A DNA stretch of 64,000 bases, taken from positions 40,846,388 to 40,910,387 of the forward strand of contig NC_092670.1 in assembly GCF_964355755.1 (NCBI RefSeq), given 5' to 3'. The translations under genes and the position numbers were made by a program. The notes under the pieces are model-generated. The model saw only the letters and a program-made list of their open reading frames with translations. It did no database searches and was not told where the DNA came from. This DNA is from Antedon mediterranea. Taxonomy: Eukaryota; Animalia; Echinodermata. This document shows, one piece after another, positions 16,311-31,500 of this stretch (its first letter is position 1; every line of letters starts with the position of its first letter).

Positions 16311-16455
16311 AGCTTGGTTCCCACTAGGGACGCAATACAAAGACGTAAGCGCAACGTAAATAATTTGACCAATCACAAGCAAAAGATCATTCGAACAGTG
16401 GCTTGTCATTGGTCAACTCGCTTGCGTTGTGTTGCGTCCTAGTGGGAACCAAGCT
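16311..16455. mobile_element. Hairpin MITE (Harbinger-like)
   Basis: TIR AGCTTGGTTCCCACTAGG..ACGCAA / TTGCGTCCTAGTGGGAACCAAGCT, inner TTGACCAATCACAAGC / GCTTGTCATTGGTCAA; flanks TAA / TAT. Confidence 0.8.
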
Positions 16456-19400
16456 TATGCTGTAACTAACGCAACATCTTGGAAAGTTAGAAACGATACC
16501 AAAAAAACCCTCAAAATGTATTATTATTTTGTCAATTTTACACTTGTTATCGTTCATTTAGGCCGATTACGCAACATTAAATATAAATAAGTGGTATTTT
16601 AAAAATCTTGTAAACGATCGTCCATTAAATAATGTTTTGATGAACTTTCCGGTTTTATTTTTTCAACATTCCATCTAGAATGTCACATTCAGTAGTCTAA
16701 CATGTTTTGGTCTTTAAAAAAGGGCACGCGCGCGTCATTATTGTTTTTCATCTTTCTGGGCTTGTACCTCTTCTTTCTTAAATCTTTTATATATATTGTA
16801 CATTGTAATCAATTTTGTTACACGAAAGAAGTAAACAAATGTTGCTTTGAATTGAATGAGGATTATTCTATCATGTTTTGAACCAATCTAAAAAAGGCTG
16901 ATCTATGTTACGTTGATTGATTGTAATTAATAACAAACTAATTTTAGACTACAAATGGAATGTGTATGTCATTGAGTTTTATTTTTGGTTTGTAAAAAGT
17001 GAGATGTTACGAAACTTCAACAACATTCTTTCGTCATGCATGGTATATTATCGAATACGGTATTCCTGATATTGGCATTATCTTGCTGCGAGTCATTGAA
17101 TTTCTGCCGCAGTTACTGCGGTAACTAATGGTGTATAAGTTGATAATACAATATTGATATAATATTATATTGCTTGCTCTGTTTTTTTATGACAAATATT
17201 AACATCATGAAATCAAATTAAGCCTATTTTGTGTGACGTCATGGAACCAATTTCCAATTTTATTTTGATGAATGGCTTGTGGTTATTGGCTGTGACAGCT
17301 GTGATTGGTTGATTTTGACGAGACGTGACACGCGCATTGACGGCTACTTGCAAAGAAGTGAGCCAATTTTTCACAGTTAGGATTTTGATAGCAAAGAATG
17401 TACTTAAAGTGGCGTTTACACTGCTGGGGCACTAAACGATATTCACGCGTATAAAAATATGTTCACACGCACGTAAATGCCTTGAGATTACGCACATCTG
17501 GAATATAGCGTTTTCTTTCTGTCGAGAGCTGATATGTGTTAATATAAATTGGTTTAAATTTAATATTAGAATAAATACTTAATGGTAGCCTTAATTGTTA
17601 TTAGGCCTACATAATATAATAATAATTACGACGGTATTAACTTACGGTGCATTAGCAATCTACATAAAAATGAATATAAGTAGGTCTACCTAAAGTTAAA
17701 ATTATATAGTAGTATTATAAACATACTTTTAAATGTTTGTACAATTATCAAAATCCTTAATTATTAGCACGTAAACTTAATTTATTGATTTAAGAATTAA
17801 AATATTAAACTCGCGCATAGTTAACAAACGACAGTACGTTATTAATTGTATCTGTCTTCCACTTTTACCCCTAACCTAAAGATTGTATTGTAATAATATA
17901 CTTCTTTAAATTTGTAGAATATTTGTAGAATTATCAGCCCACGCAAATTAATTTACTGACTTAAGTATGAGAAATCAAAATATTAAACTCCCCCATCCCA
18001 CAAACTGTAGTAAATTATCTTTCCTGCCTTACACCTAACAAGTGAACAACATTTAAATAGTTATAACATAATAAATCACTTTTAAATTATGAGTTTTAGA
18101 TATTGAGTGGGTTCAGCTTAAGGTCGGGATAATGTCGTTCAAGGATTCGCATGAGTTTCGGGTTTGAGTTGAACCTGGTAATTTGATGCTATAGGCCTAT
18201 CGCATGTAGGCCTATGCATGTAGTGAATAGCATCATGCATAGGAATGTCAACTATGTTGGTTCGCCTGGCTTCTTGTTAGACAGCGTTAATCAGTGTTGC
18301 GCGTATTCTTCTTGATAGTGGTAGGCATGCAGTGCGCCAGGCATTTCTCTCTCCATAAATAGTTGTCTTATGTATGTATAGCATAATAAGTGCTTGAGGC
18401 ACATTCGCACAAATCAACATATTTAATCGCTGTAATCTGTGTAGATTTTGTATGTGTACATAATGTACAATAATATAACATATTTAATTCGTTAAAAACG
18501 AGTGAGTTGAAAAACGCATCCAAGATCGTGATCCGGATCCGAAACCTGCCAAAAAGCTTTAAAATTAAGTCTTAAAATAAGAGTCTGCGTTTGCGTATCA
18601 TGCGCAAAAACCTACGCATCGTATTTCAATAAAATAAAATAAAAGTCCGAAACATACTCCCTAATGCAACGTACCATGAATCTAAAATTCATATCTTGTT
18701 TTGGCCTTGTTTGTGTTCGTCCCACCCACCTCAATATTTTATTTCATATGTCGGTATTCATTTTTATCCTGAATATATAAATATTAATAAGCCCACATCC
18801 TCCTCATCTTTATAGCATCGTGAATCATGATTACATTTATAAATCAGTATATAATTTATCATTATTATCACTGTTGTTATAAACATCACATTTTTAAAAT
18901 CATCACAAGTAATATCAATATTTTCTCAATCATAATGTTATTTATGTTTCTTATATTTCTTCTGTTTTTCCTTTTCTAAAAACACCTTTTATTTTCATCG
19001 TCTTAATATCGATTTCACAACTATCTATCCCAATGTGCTCGTATCCATTACTAGTCTAATCGTTCCAATTATTAACATCTCAATATTAATTTTTGTCAAG
19101 CCAGTTCGAGTTTACCTTCACCATATTGTATTTCCGGTTACATAGGGCTTAATAATAAGGCGGCTGTCAAATGACAGTAACAGGCGCGCGCGCGCAAAAC
19201 GTGTTCATTAATATTAATAATCAATCACCAGAGAATTCGGAAAAATAATTTCTGATATGACCCGGTTAAATAATCATAATTTTATTATGACTGACTTGTC
19301 ATTATTGGTTCATAATTAATTTAATTAATTTGAATCGTGGTATAACACAGAGGACTGTATGTGGTATTTGGTATGTGCCTATATCTACATTAACATTTTA

Positions 19401-19575
19401 TTTGGAAGTTAGCCCTATAGTGAGGTTACTGATAATAGTTATCTACATTAACATTTTATTTGGAAGTTAGCCCTATAGTGAGGTTACTGATAATAGTTTA
19501 GAAACTTAACTGGTAAACATCCTTGTGAAAAAAAATAAATATATTTGGTAATTATTAATTTAATTTTCAGGTAAA

Positions 19576-22500
19576 ATGGTGAAAGATACTGGACCTAGTT
19601 TCGTAAAGAAACCGTACATAAACCAGAGCGATGACGGGAAAATATTAACATTTGCGTGTAAAGTTGCGGCAGATCCTCGTCCAACTGTCACTTGGCTGTT
19701 GAATAATAAAGAAGTTAAAGATGGCGGAAGGTAACAAAAATACACTATTTATTTCAGATTATTAATTTGACACAAATATTTGATTTATTATCAAGCTCAA
19801 ATACGTACAATTTGTAAATTATCTTCTTATGAGGAACCAACAAGTTACGTAATGTAACTATAAAAGTTTGTGGACGTTGGTGGCGTAAGCACAAAAAAGC
19901 TACAATAACAAAGCACATGGAAAAACAAAACATAAACAAATGATTTGATCCCCATTCTGGTTTCTGCTTAAACCATATTTTGTTAATAAAATTGCAAAGG
20001 TAATATGTCGAAAGTTGTATGAAAATTGGATTAAAGAAATGATATCACTAGTTTAAAGTTAATATATGCTGTATTGTACGCTGTTTTGAACCTAACTAGG
20101 CCTAGGCTAGGCCTGACTGACTTCACTCACTCACTGTGTGTAAAGTGGAACGGCTGTACGTGTCTGTGACCGCGAAAATTAAATGATCTAATTCTAGGCC
20201 TAGGCTTGGTAAGGCATTTATAGACACCCTTATAGACAGTGACTGACCTGTAAACAAATTTCCTCCTCCACCTATACCGCCGACTATCTATGGCAAATTT
20301 TCAAGGCAAAAAAAAAGACTTATACTTATAGTATACCTTTTTAATTGTGCACAAATTAATATTAAATTAATATTTTTTAGATACACACAAAAAGTTAAAC
20401 CAGATGGAGGTGACTACCTTGTTTCTATGGAAATTAATGACATCGCAGAAAATGATGCAGGCAGCTACAAAGTCTGCGTTAAAAATAAATTTGGTGACAC
20501 ATCCGCAACCATCGCCCTCAACTTTGGTGGTAAGTTTTCTTTTAAAGTTACATGGACATCTGACATCATATGTATTTTGGGAATTACAGTATCAAATATT
20601 TTTAATTTTTAGGTGTTATTGAAGAACAAACTACTACCAAGAGCAAGTAAGTATTAAGTAGACAAACCAATTAATTAACTTAAGTCTAGACTTAATTAAA
20701 CATAAACCTTAGCATCCAGGTATGTAAAAATGTGGTATTTGCTTTTGGATATTATTGACAACTTGCATATGTATGATGAATGTTGTATAAAGTTTGAATG
20801 TATAAATGTAGGCCAGCATTTGTACTCCACATAGTCTAAAAATACTATGTCTATCATCTGTACATAGTTGCATACATGTGTCCACCATTATCTGAATGCT
20901 ATGTCTTGAAATGACATAACTAAGGCAGTGTGTCACAGAATGCTTAGAGCTAGTCATGTCTTAATTAGTCTGAATGTTCTTAGATCACATTGCACATTTT
21001 TGTTGCTGGTGTACATGGATTCTTGGCCTGTAAGATTATACCTTGAAATGTCTTTATAGATAGTCCTATCTTTGTGCTGAATTATCAATATATAATTGCT
21101 GGTCATGAATCAAATATACTGATTATGTATACACACCTTTTAAAAAAAAACATATTTGGGACATTTTTTGGAAAGTTTCTGGTTTTCAGAGAGTCTGGTA
21201 TTGGGAGAGTTTACTGTATTTGGTATTGGAAAATAATATTTATTTGTGTAAAGTTGTTTAGAATGATGTGTCTATTTTTCTGTCATCGAGTGCTTATTAA
21301 AACCTACCAGATAATAATGATTAAAAATCAAGTTATAAATTATATTAATTTTACACATATATTTTATTTTAATTATTATTTAAAAAAAAAAACTAGTGAT
21401 GTGGATGGAGTGGCACCCAATTTCACAATGAAACCAAAAATGAGCCAATCAGATGATGCGTCAAAACTAACGATAGAATGCGAATTATGCGCCATACCAA
21501 GACCGGACATTAAGTGGTATCTAGGAGACAAAGAACTGAAAGATGGCGGACGACTAAAGATTGGATGTGAAGAAGACGGAGAGTTTTATTTTCTTTCTTT
21601 AGATATAAACAACTTAAATGAGAAAGACGGCGGAGATTATAAAATTATTGCTACGAATAAATTAGGCACAGCAACAAATACTATCAAGTTGAACTTTGCT
21701 GGTAAGTTTTGTTTATTTTTATTATTTATAATTTCATACCTTAATATTGACAAGATACAATAAATGTCGATGGATGGAGGCCACCGTAAGTGAAATTTAA
21801 ATTGTGTTCTCCGATTTAAAGTAATAGGGAAATGGCATTGGTCTATAATAAATGAAAAAAATGTTATAAATGATATGATTTTATTACAAACCTTTCAAAT
21901 ACTATTTTGTTTTTCAAATTCTAAAACTAATGTTTTTTTTCTGTAATAATTAATGTTAATGGTTCTGCTGTGTTTGCCTTTTCATTAAAACTTGTTTTTT
22001 TTATGACTTTAATTACTGATGAAATCATAATTTTATGATATGTTTTATATTGTTGTGATGTTGATTTTTCACTAAATCTGTTGTTCTTATAGCGCACTCT
22101 TCAATATCCATGCAATTATGTATTTTAGTAATTTGTATCCATCAAAAAGCATTCAACGCACTTTAACTTGTACTTAGTTGGAGCTTCTATGAGAACAAAC
22201 TTAAATGCCACCGACTCTTACCGTAGTTTATCATTAATATTTACCTACTTCTAAACGAGAACGGGGTGGGGGATCATTGTTTGATCTTTATACACACTTC
22301 TGTTATTTTGCATGGCTGTTGAAGAGCATTTGTACACTTTATGTCAGACACTATGGAGAGCACAGTAGACTGTGGATTGAGGTCAAAGGTCACATAGCAC
22401 AGTAGGTTGAATATCCACCTGTTCATGATGAAGTACTTTCCCTGCACCTGACACAGCTTGGCATTTGTGATGTCATCAAATCAAAAATGTCCAATCTCAT

Positions 22501-25500
22501 TCCGATCCTATCCTGTAGTTTATTGCTGGTAAAAGAGAACGTTAAAAGGAACTGTAAATTACAAATTATTTTTACTATCTCTAAAAAATTCAAGGCATCA
22601 ATGGCAATTCAAATTATGTCAAAGGTCAATTTTAGGTATGCATAGAATTTTCTTTTTAAAGAACACAATCCTAAAATAAACTAAAGTATATAGAAAAGCA
22701 CAGTACAAATTGTATGGCACCATTAGAAGATAACTTTAGGATGAAATTAGATTTACTTTTTTACCTCCTTTACTATGAAAAATTAACATTAGAACACGTT
22801 TCACCTGAAGTTATATTATTTGTGAAGTACCTGTGTTACGCCTTCTCTCAATCTACAACTCTGTGTTACCAATGTGTCTGCTTTTATCATTGTGTTCAGC
22901 CGATAATATAAAGATTCCCCCAGTAGCCCCCGACAACGGTGCTCCATCATTTACCATGAAGCCGAAGATTAATCAATCAAAAGATGGAACCAAACTTAGC
23001 TTCTTATGCGAGCTTACCGCTGAACCAGAACCAACATTGACCTGGTACAAAGACAACGTTGAAATTAAACAAACTGGTCGTTATAAGATGACTGTTGAGT
23101 ACGATGACGAGGGATATTACTTTGTTTTGCTCTCTGTGAGTGACGTCACTGAAAAGGACGGCGGAAAATATACAGTTGTCGCCAAAAACTCACTGGGTGA
23201 AACCAAATCTACAATTGATCTTAATTTTGACAGTAAGATTGCTGTGATTTTAACTTTTTATTGATTTACTAATGTTAATGTTTTAATATTTATTTATAAT
23301 GTACATAATATCTTTAATAACCAATTAAATAAACATAATTTTCAAACACAATCAAATCTCCCAATACTGAACTTTCTGAAAACCAGAAACTCTCTCCAAA
23401 GTTTACTTAAGGTAAAAAAGGTCACTAATTCTTTTTTTTACCTTTAAAATAACAGAATTTCTGGAAAACCAGACATACTAGGCCAGCCCAAGGTTGTCTG
23501 GTATTGGGAGAGGAGTGGTTTTTTTATTCAAAATTTATTGATAAATGTTGTTTTATAGGTACTGCTGAGGATGAAGCCCCAAAAGATAAATCACCAGCGT
23601 AAGTTTCTTTTTTATAAATGTACATTATTTTGTTTATAGTGAACTCTCTGCCGGCAGAAAGGCAATTTCAATAGAGAACTTGTATCCACCATTTGAACTT
23701 AGAGCTGCCTAGTCTACTCTAGTAAACTTTACTAAAACTCTGAATTTGCCACTATTTGGAGAAGACGACAGTCTCTGTTGCTGAGGCTTTATTTGATTGG
23801 CTGAGTTTATAAACTCTCCGCAAACTAGTTTGCCAAAGCTTGTCAACCGGTGTAAACAGCAAAGTTTGGAAATCTTAGTTCTGAGAAATACTTAAAGGAC
23901 GATTTAAATAAAAATCAGTGTAATGCTGATACACATACAATTAAAATGATATTCTTAATGAAAATACTAACTTGCTCTTTCAGTGGTATTGCTCCAACAT
24001 TTCTTGATAAGCCAACTATGTCACAGTCAGAGGATGGACATGAACTTACATTTGAAGCCAAACTTAAAGCTGATCCTAAACCTAGTATAGTATGGTAAGT
24101 TCACATTGTGCTATCTATGTTGAGTGTCTTATAAAAAATCGTTTATATAATTATATTGTTTAAAGGTCTAGCATGGCAAATATGTTAGGTTTGTGGTACA
24201 CCATATGATTCTGAAGAAAATAAATTATGGTTGAGGATGTCTCCAACTTTTCAGTTGTTGTTCTGCAACCACCCTCTGGGGGAGTTGAAACCACATTGTG
24301 TACTGTAAACTAACTTTACTTAATCATCTTTAAAGAGGATCACTCATGCAAGTGTTCATTTAAAAATAACTGATATTAAGAGATCGTCCTTATACTTGTA
24401 TAATTATAGTTCTATCATCATATATTAATATATATTGATTTGCTACTTAAGGTATTTCAACAACCAAGCAATGAAAGATGGCGGTAGATTTAAGATCAGT
24501 ATTAAGCAAACTGCCGGTGTGTATGTGCTCACTCTGAACATTAAGAACGTGACGCCAAAAGACGGTGGTAGTTACAAAATAGAAGCTAAAAATACCTTGG
24601 GTGTCAGTACCTCAACAATCAACCTTAACTTCAACAGTAAGTACATTAGTAGGATAGTTAAAATACTGCTTTGGATGCGGCACAGTGGCTTAGTGCCTGG
24701 CGCATGCTTTCTTGTAAATCCAAGGGTCCTTGGTTCAACACCAGCCATAGTTCCTAGATTTGTTCAATACAGCACCACTACCTTAACCTCATGCGGAACT
24801 TGGATTAAAATGGGTTTCACAAATTATACAGTAGAACCAGACCACTATTCAGGTACACCCTTTAAACTGAAAAGAAGAAAACTAAATAAAATTGATTTTT
24901 TATTCTTTAGTTACAGAGGGCAGTAGACAGGGTGCACCATCATTTATTGAAAAACCAAACATAAAACAAGAAGACGAAGGGCGCCATTTGATCTTTGAGA
25001 TTAAAGTTATGGCCGAACCTTCTCCAACAGTCACCTGGTACTATGGCAACAAGACCATCAGCGACGGCGGTCGGTATAAAACAAAGACCAAGACGCAAGG
25101 AAAGATCCACATATTGATTTTAGACATGACGGGTGTAACCCCTAGCGATGCTGGAAATTACAGAGTGGTTGTAAATAACGCAAAAGGAGAGGCTACCTCC
25201 ACTATTAATATTAGCTTTGAAGGTAAGGGTTTTATGGATACCATTATGGGATATCCTTCAATTACAGCCGACAACAAAATCTGCTGCACAATTTTTTTTT
25301 GTTAGGGTTAGATATTTTGTAGTCAATTTCAGTAACTGATGTAATCCAATGATGGCATTAAAAAAAACTTGATCTTTACTCTCTCTCTCCTTCAGACCCC
25401 TATATTTTTTAATTTTTTAATTCAATTAACTGGCTTCCAAAAATCAACTTGAAATTCATATATTAAAGTACAAACTTTATAAGTTTTCATATTTCTCATC

Positions 25501-28500
25501 ATAATCATCATCATAATCGTCATCATCATAATCATCATCATCATTATCATCATCATCACCATTAATTATAATTCCCACAGTTACATAATAATACTATTGA
25601 ATAAAACACCAAATTGTCTTTTTGTTTTCTTAGTGCAAGCTGGAAAGCCTAAGCAAGTTAAAGTGAACACTGCTCCTCCACTACACATTGACTTTATCAG
25701 CCACAAAGAAGTGGTGGAAGAATACTCAGAGTACTCAGAAACAGTGACGGAATCATCAACAGAAATCATAGAAGAAAAGATTAAGGTTGTGAAAGGGTTA
25801 AAAGATCAGGTAATGATTTAGTTTGTATTGTAACTATCTATGTGACTATCTTGCTATATTAATTATAAAGATAATTGCACTTGCACTGATGAAGAGCTAG
25901 TGTTGCCTGAAAGCTCTGATAATTTTTCTGACTGTTTTACTGACTTTTTGCTTAATTTATTTTGTATCTCCAGCACAGTCCACTGATACTCAAAGCATTG
26001 TCATTTTTTTTTAGTATTTTGCCTTTGGATTTATCTTTATACAATTATATAAAAACTTTCATTTTTACACAGAGAATAAACATTTTGCTTTTTATCTTTA
26101 AATCTTTTCATAATTTTTCACCGGCTTTTATTTTTTGTTTTTATTCAGGATCTTATAGATGGAGATAAATTAACTCTTCGTGTTAAATTTTCTTCCAAAC
26201 CCATCACTGTTAACTGGTTTCTGTGAGTTTAAACTTTATTCTAATTAAGTATATTAAAGTAAGTCAGCAAAATATGCAGTGAGAATGATGTTACTTAACT
26301 TAATGCTACAAAACTTAATGTTACCAAACTTTTCAAAGCTTAAAACTATGTGGGATAACTTCACACAAACAATATGCAATTCACCATTAATGACAACAAT
26401 TTCAAAACCTCTTAAAAACACATCTTTTATCTAAAAAAATATTGCTTTCCAGATGGTTCTTGTAAAATGTTTGATATTTGCAAAGCCTTATAGAAATGAC
26501 AATGTTATGTTATTTTTCAGGGATGGCAAGCCACTACAACCGTCACCAGATTACGAGATGAAAGAAGAGAAAGATGAGTATGTACTTATTATGGAGGAGG
26601 TGTTTCCAGAAGATAGTGGAGATTACAGTGTCGTTGGCAAAAATTCCAGCAGTGAAGTTAGATCTATTTGTGAAGTGTACGTTGAAGGTATGTATACTAC
26701 ATCATTGTATATTGTTAGAAACATTCATAGGCTTTTTCATTTTGTAAATTTAAAGTTTAAGTACAGAAAAAAGAAACATAAAATCATTGTTTTTATTCTG
26801 TGTTTTTTCTGTGTCTTTTAGAGTTGAAAAAACCAGCACCTAAGCCAAGGTAACTTTATTTTAATTTAATTTTAATAGTTGAATGTTTATATCTTGTCAT
26901 ATTGTAGTTTGTGAGGGTCCCTAATGATCAGCCCTGGCTAGATGGACCACCCACGTAAAATATTGTTTAAATAAAATAAAAAATTAAATATAAAAAAATT
27001 TATTTAATTTGATTTTATTTGGGAGAATGGGCAAAATCTTTTTGTATGGATTAATTTAATCTGACTTTGTATGTTTTTGTGATGGATTCCAGTAATATTT
27101 TATCTTTTTTTAGTCAAAAAGATAAACCACAAAAAATAGAAGAAAAAGTAGAACCAAAAAAAGATGTTAAACAGCAATCAAAGCCTCCAGGTAAGGAACC
27201 AACTAAACCGGTAGAAGAGAAACCAATTGAAGTCAAGAAGACAGCACCTAAAGAAGAGTCTGCACCAGTTGAAGAAAAACCCATAGCTGTTAAAAAGACC
27301 GCACCCAAAGAGGAGTCTGCACCGCCTCCAGTTGAAGAAAAACCCATAGCTGTTAAAAAGACCGCACCCAAAGAGGAGTCTGCACCTCCAGCTCCAGAGA
27401 AGAAACCAGCTCCAAAGGACGAGAAGATAGAAGCTGTCAATAAAAAGCCAGCAGAGAAAGCGCCATCACCGGGCAAGGGATCACCAGCAAAGGCAGTACC
27501 AGAGATCATAGTACCAGAAGAACCAACAGGGTCACCAAGCAGACAACCAGCAGAGAATGGGTCACTAAGCAAACAAGAACAGCTAGGTACGAATACATTA
27601 TGTTTTATTTTTCTTCACAAAATAATTTCAAATAAGTATTGTTTTTATAAGATTCTATACATTATGTTTTATCCTTTTTATCCTATCTTCTCTTTTGGTC
27701 TTTCAAAAATTGATTATTTTTCATTTCAATGACAGATTGGTTTTCACACTCAACCTTCATAATACATACATAATGACTGTGTTATATTAAACATGTAGGG
27801 TTTTAATGTGTATGTCAAGTTTTGAAACAAAACTAAACCTCTAGTTCAGTTCAGTCTTATTTTGTATTTGTTTAAGAACAAGGTTTTCTTTTCTCTTTTA
27901 AAATAATATAAGAAGAACTTTTGAATAAATTAGTCTCAGACAACATCTAAAGCTAAGAAACATCATTACATATTTAAACTTATATTCCATGCTATTGCCT
28001 TTAAAATGGTGATAGACTTTTAAGAAAATCTTGTTCTGTAACCAGTTCAAATGATTTTACCGTCATGCAGAGCAAGAACAAAAACTGTCACTAACGAACA
28101 AACAGACTGGACATCGAGGCTCAATCAGCTCCAGACGAGGTGACCTTATAGAGTGGTGTGGTTTACAGCAGAATTTATAGCATACTATCTGTTATTTGAA
28201 GCGGTCATGTTTGTTTTGTACTTGGTGGTCTCTGCCAAAAAACTGCTTTGTAGGGTTCAGCTTTGTTGCTCTATAAATTAACACTGCTTCTGCTACTGTA
28301 TACATCTAATGATGAGAAAAGTTTATTGTTCGTTTATTTTAGTGTTTTATTGTACACTTTATTATACTATATAAAGGCTGCTTTTAATGTCATTTAATTA
28401 TATCAGTTCTAATATTTCAGTTTATTTTACAGTGTAATACTATATTGTCTATTTACAGCTTTTTAAAATAATATTGGCTAATTATAAAGAGTGAACTTTT

Positions 28501-31500
28501 GCTCATAATAATTAAAACAGTATATATACTGTACTACACTATAACATTTTCATCAACATTATCATCAACGTTGCTTCATCATCTCCATATCGTCATCATT
28601 GTCACTTCCTCATCATCATCATAATCATCATCATCATCAACCTCATCATCATCATCATTACCTCATCATTATCATCTTCTTCAACCTCATCATCATCATC
28701 ACTACCTCATCATTATCATCATCATCAACCTCATCATCATCATCACTACCTCATCATTATCATCATCATCAACCTCATCATCATCATCATCATCACTACC
28801 TCATAATTATCATCATCATCAACCTCATCATCATTATTACTACCTCATATCATCATCATCATCATTATCATCACGATCACTACCTCGTCATCATTAACTT
28901 ACATGAACAACTAGCCAATGAAAAGTGTTATAAAGATGGTTGAAATATATATTGTCCGTCTTCAAGGCTATACATACAGCAGAAAGTCTATTGATGAATT
29001 GGAAGACTCTGGTCAGCCATATTTCTTGCAGAGTCCTTGTAAAGCCCAAGTTACTCAAGGTACTAGCAATGTGTACCATTGATTCTACCTGTAAATGATG
29101 ATAACAACCATGCTACCAATTATTGACTTTTTACCAACTTTTTTCCACATTTTTACAAAATACTAAAGTATATTTTTACTTTTTACTAAAAAATTTTGCA
29201 TTTACTAAAATTCATATAAATTATCAATTTTTGATAACAAATAAGTGATTCCAGCATTGTGTTACTCATTCACAGATAGAATCAATAAAAACAGTTGTCA
29301 TGGCATTATTTTAAATTTTTGATGATCTTCCTCCAAAAATCAACAATAGGCACACCACAGGGTTCACCAAAGCATTCCCCAACTAGAGGCAGGAATGGAG
29401 AACAGTTGGATAAAAACCCATGCTTCAAAATGGCCCCCACTAAGACTCAAGTACTGGAAGGTAACAGAGTGTCCCTCCCCTAATACCCTCCTCCTTTTCA
29501 ACCAATCAGTATCCGCTTGCTCACCCCTCAACCACCATTTATATGTTATATCTTACTCAATATAATTTATACAGTCAACTCTCCTAATATCAGAATTTCT
29601 GAAAACCGGAAACTCTCCCAATACCAGACTTTTATTAAACAGTCCCAAATTTCTTTTTACCATTAAAACACATTCCGAATATCAGACTTTCTAGAAAACC
29701 AGACATATTTGGCAAGCCTAAAGGTGTCCGGTATAGAGAGTTGATGTACACATAGGTGAATCCAAGGGTGTTGATAGAATAAACCAGACATATTTGGCAA
29801 GCCTAAAGGTGTCCGGTATAGAAAGTTGACGTACACATAGGTGAATCCAAGGGTGTTGATAGAATAAACCAGACATATTTGGCAAGCCTAAAGGTGTCCG
29901 GTATAGAGAGTTGACGTACACATAGTTGATAGAATAGATATCCATCACTGTTACATACATCAGAGGTGATCAACATTTGCAGAAAAAAAATCTTGCAATC
30001 TTCTAAAAACATCATTTTACTGTATTACAAATATTTTTCAAATAATTTTAAAAAATGCTGAATTGGTCAGCATTACCTCTGAAGAGCACATAACTATGAT
30101 TGTGTAAGATATAACAAAGCTTCCAAGCCACGCCCTTCCTTTCCTTCCTACCAATTCATTGTGATTTTATCGCCTCGCTTATCGGTGCTTTTTTGGAGTG
30201 GGTTTTGAGTTGTGTACCCCACCCACATTATTTGTTTTTACAACGCTTATATCAGAACCAGGTACGCAAAGCGGCAAATCTTATTTTATTCCTTTTTTTA
30301 TTTGCTGTTTTTATCCTTTGTTTTTTCTCATAAACCCTATTTTCCTTTCGTATTCCTTGCTATTTATTTGATGTGTACTTTGATGCCTTTTAAACATGTT
30401 TTCCAATAAAATACTACTCTTAACGCTTGATTTGGAATGTTGTACAACAGGACAGTCAGTGAAGTTTGAAGCGATTGTGGCAGGCAACCCTAAACCAACG
30501 GTCAGCTGGTTTAAAGGAAATTCCAAAATTGAACATGCTTGGAAAGATCGCTATTTTGTAAGTCATTTTATCACTATCTGTATTTTCAAATTTGTTATTT
30601 TCATTTATTAATGTTGGCTTCACTGTGCCAAGGTGTATCCCATGTTCAATTATAATCTCGCCCTCAAGTATTTCCCACCCTTTAGACTTTGGCAAATCCA
30701 AATATAATCTAATCTCTGTACTCGGTCATCTCCTGTATGAATAGGAGAAGTAAAAAAAAAACTCCATTATATGTGACTGACATCAGGGAGATGTATTTTG
30801 CAAGATGCAGTTATGTCTTTTTATTACTATACTTAAATACCGGTATATAGCATTCTCTTCCTACTTATTGTAGCTTAAATACCATGCCCAACGAGATGTT
30901 CACATAATGGAAATTAGAAAGGCCAACAAAGTAGATGCAGCTGGACATTTTGTCTGTAAAGTAGAGAATATGAACGGTAGAGATGAACGCATGTTCACCC
31001 TAATTGTTACAGGTAACTACTCACTTTTATTTATTAGTCTAATATTGCCAAATCTTTTTCTCTTCTTTAAAATCTCTTCTTTAATCTTTTCTTTAATCTC
31101 TTCTTTAATCTTTTCTTTAATCTCTTTAATAATTAAAAATAAAAAAACAATTAAATCAAATCTTTCATTAAACCTTTTCACAGCTTTTTTTTCTGGTTGC
31201 CAATAACTTGGTGTAACTATTTCCAAAGTCAAATAATACTATAATATAATATAAGACTATTCATATTACCCACCCGTAATATTGTATGAGTACGCATTCA
31301 TACAATATTTAATTTCTATGGCGCTTTTAACAAAATGTTACAGATAATCTTCTACTTAAATGGTGTTTCTTTAATCTTAAGCCCAATGTTTCAAGAGGAA
31401 CATTTTTAATTATATTTTTTAAAAGTTCTTATGTTGTATTAAGTAGTTTTATGTCACATGTTTTTAATGTTATTTATGTCTTCATGTTTTGTTAATATAC

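Noticed and set aside
19564-19576. Recursive splice site (TTTTCAG|GTAAAA)
   Set aside because: Fully explained as the acceptor of the ATG exon; the intron is short.
27114-27572. 152-aa antisense ORF
   Set aside because: Shadow of the PEVK exon; the same applies to other minus-strand ORFs over TCP1 and twitchin exons.
28599-28943. His-rich 114-aa ORF
   Set aside because: Translation of a (CAT)n microsatellite with no convincing splice sites.
30256-30261. 6-nt microexon AACCAG (CAG|AACCAG|GTACGC)
   Set aside because: Frame-compatible but would fall inside an Ig domain; too short to support without reads.
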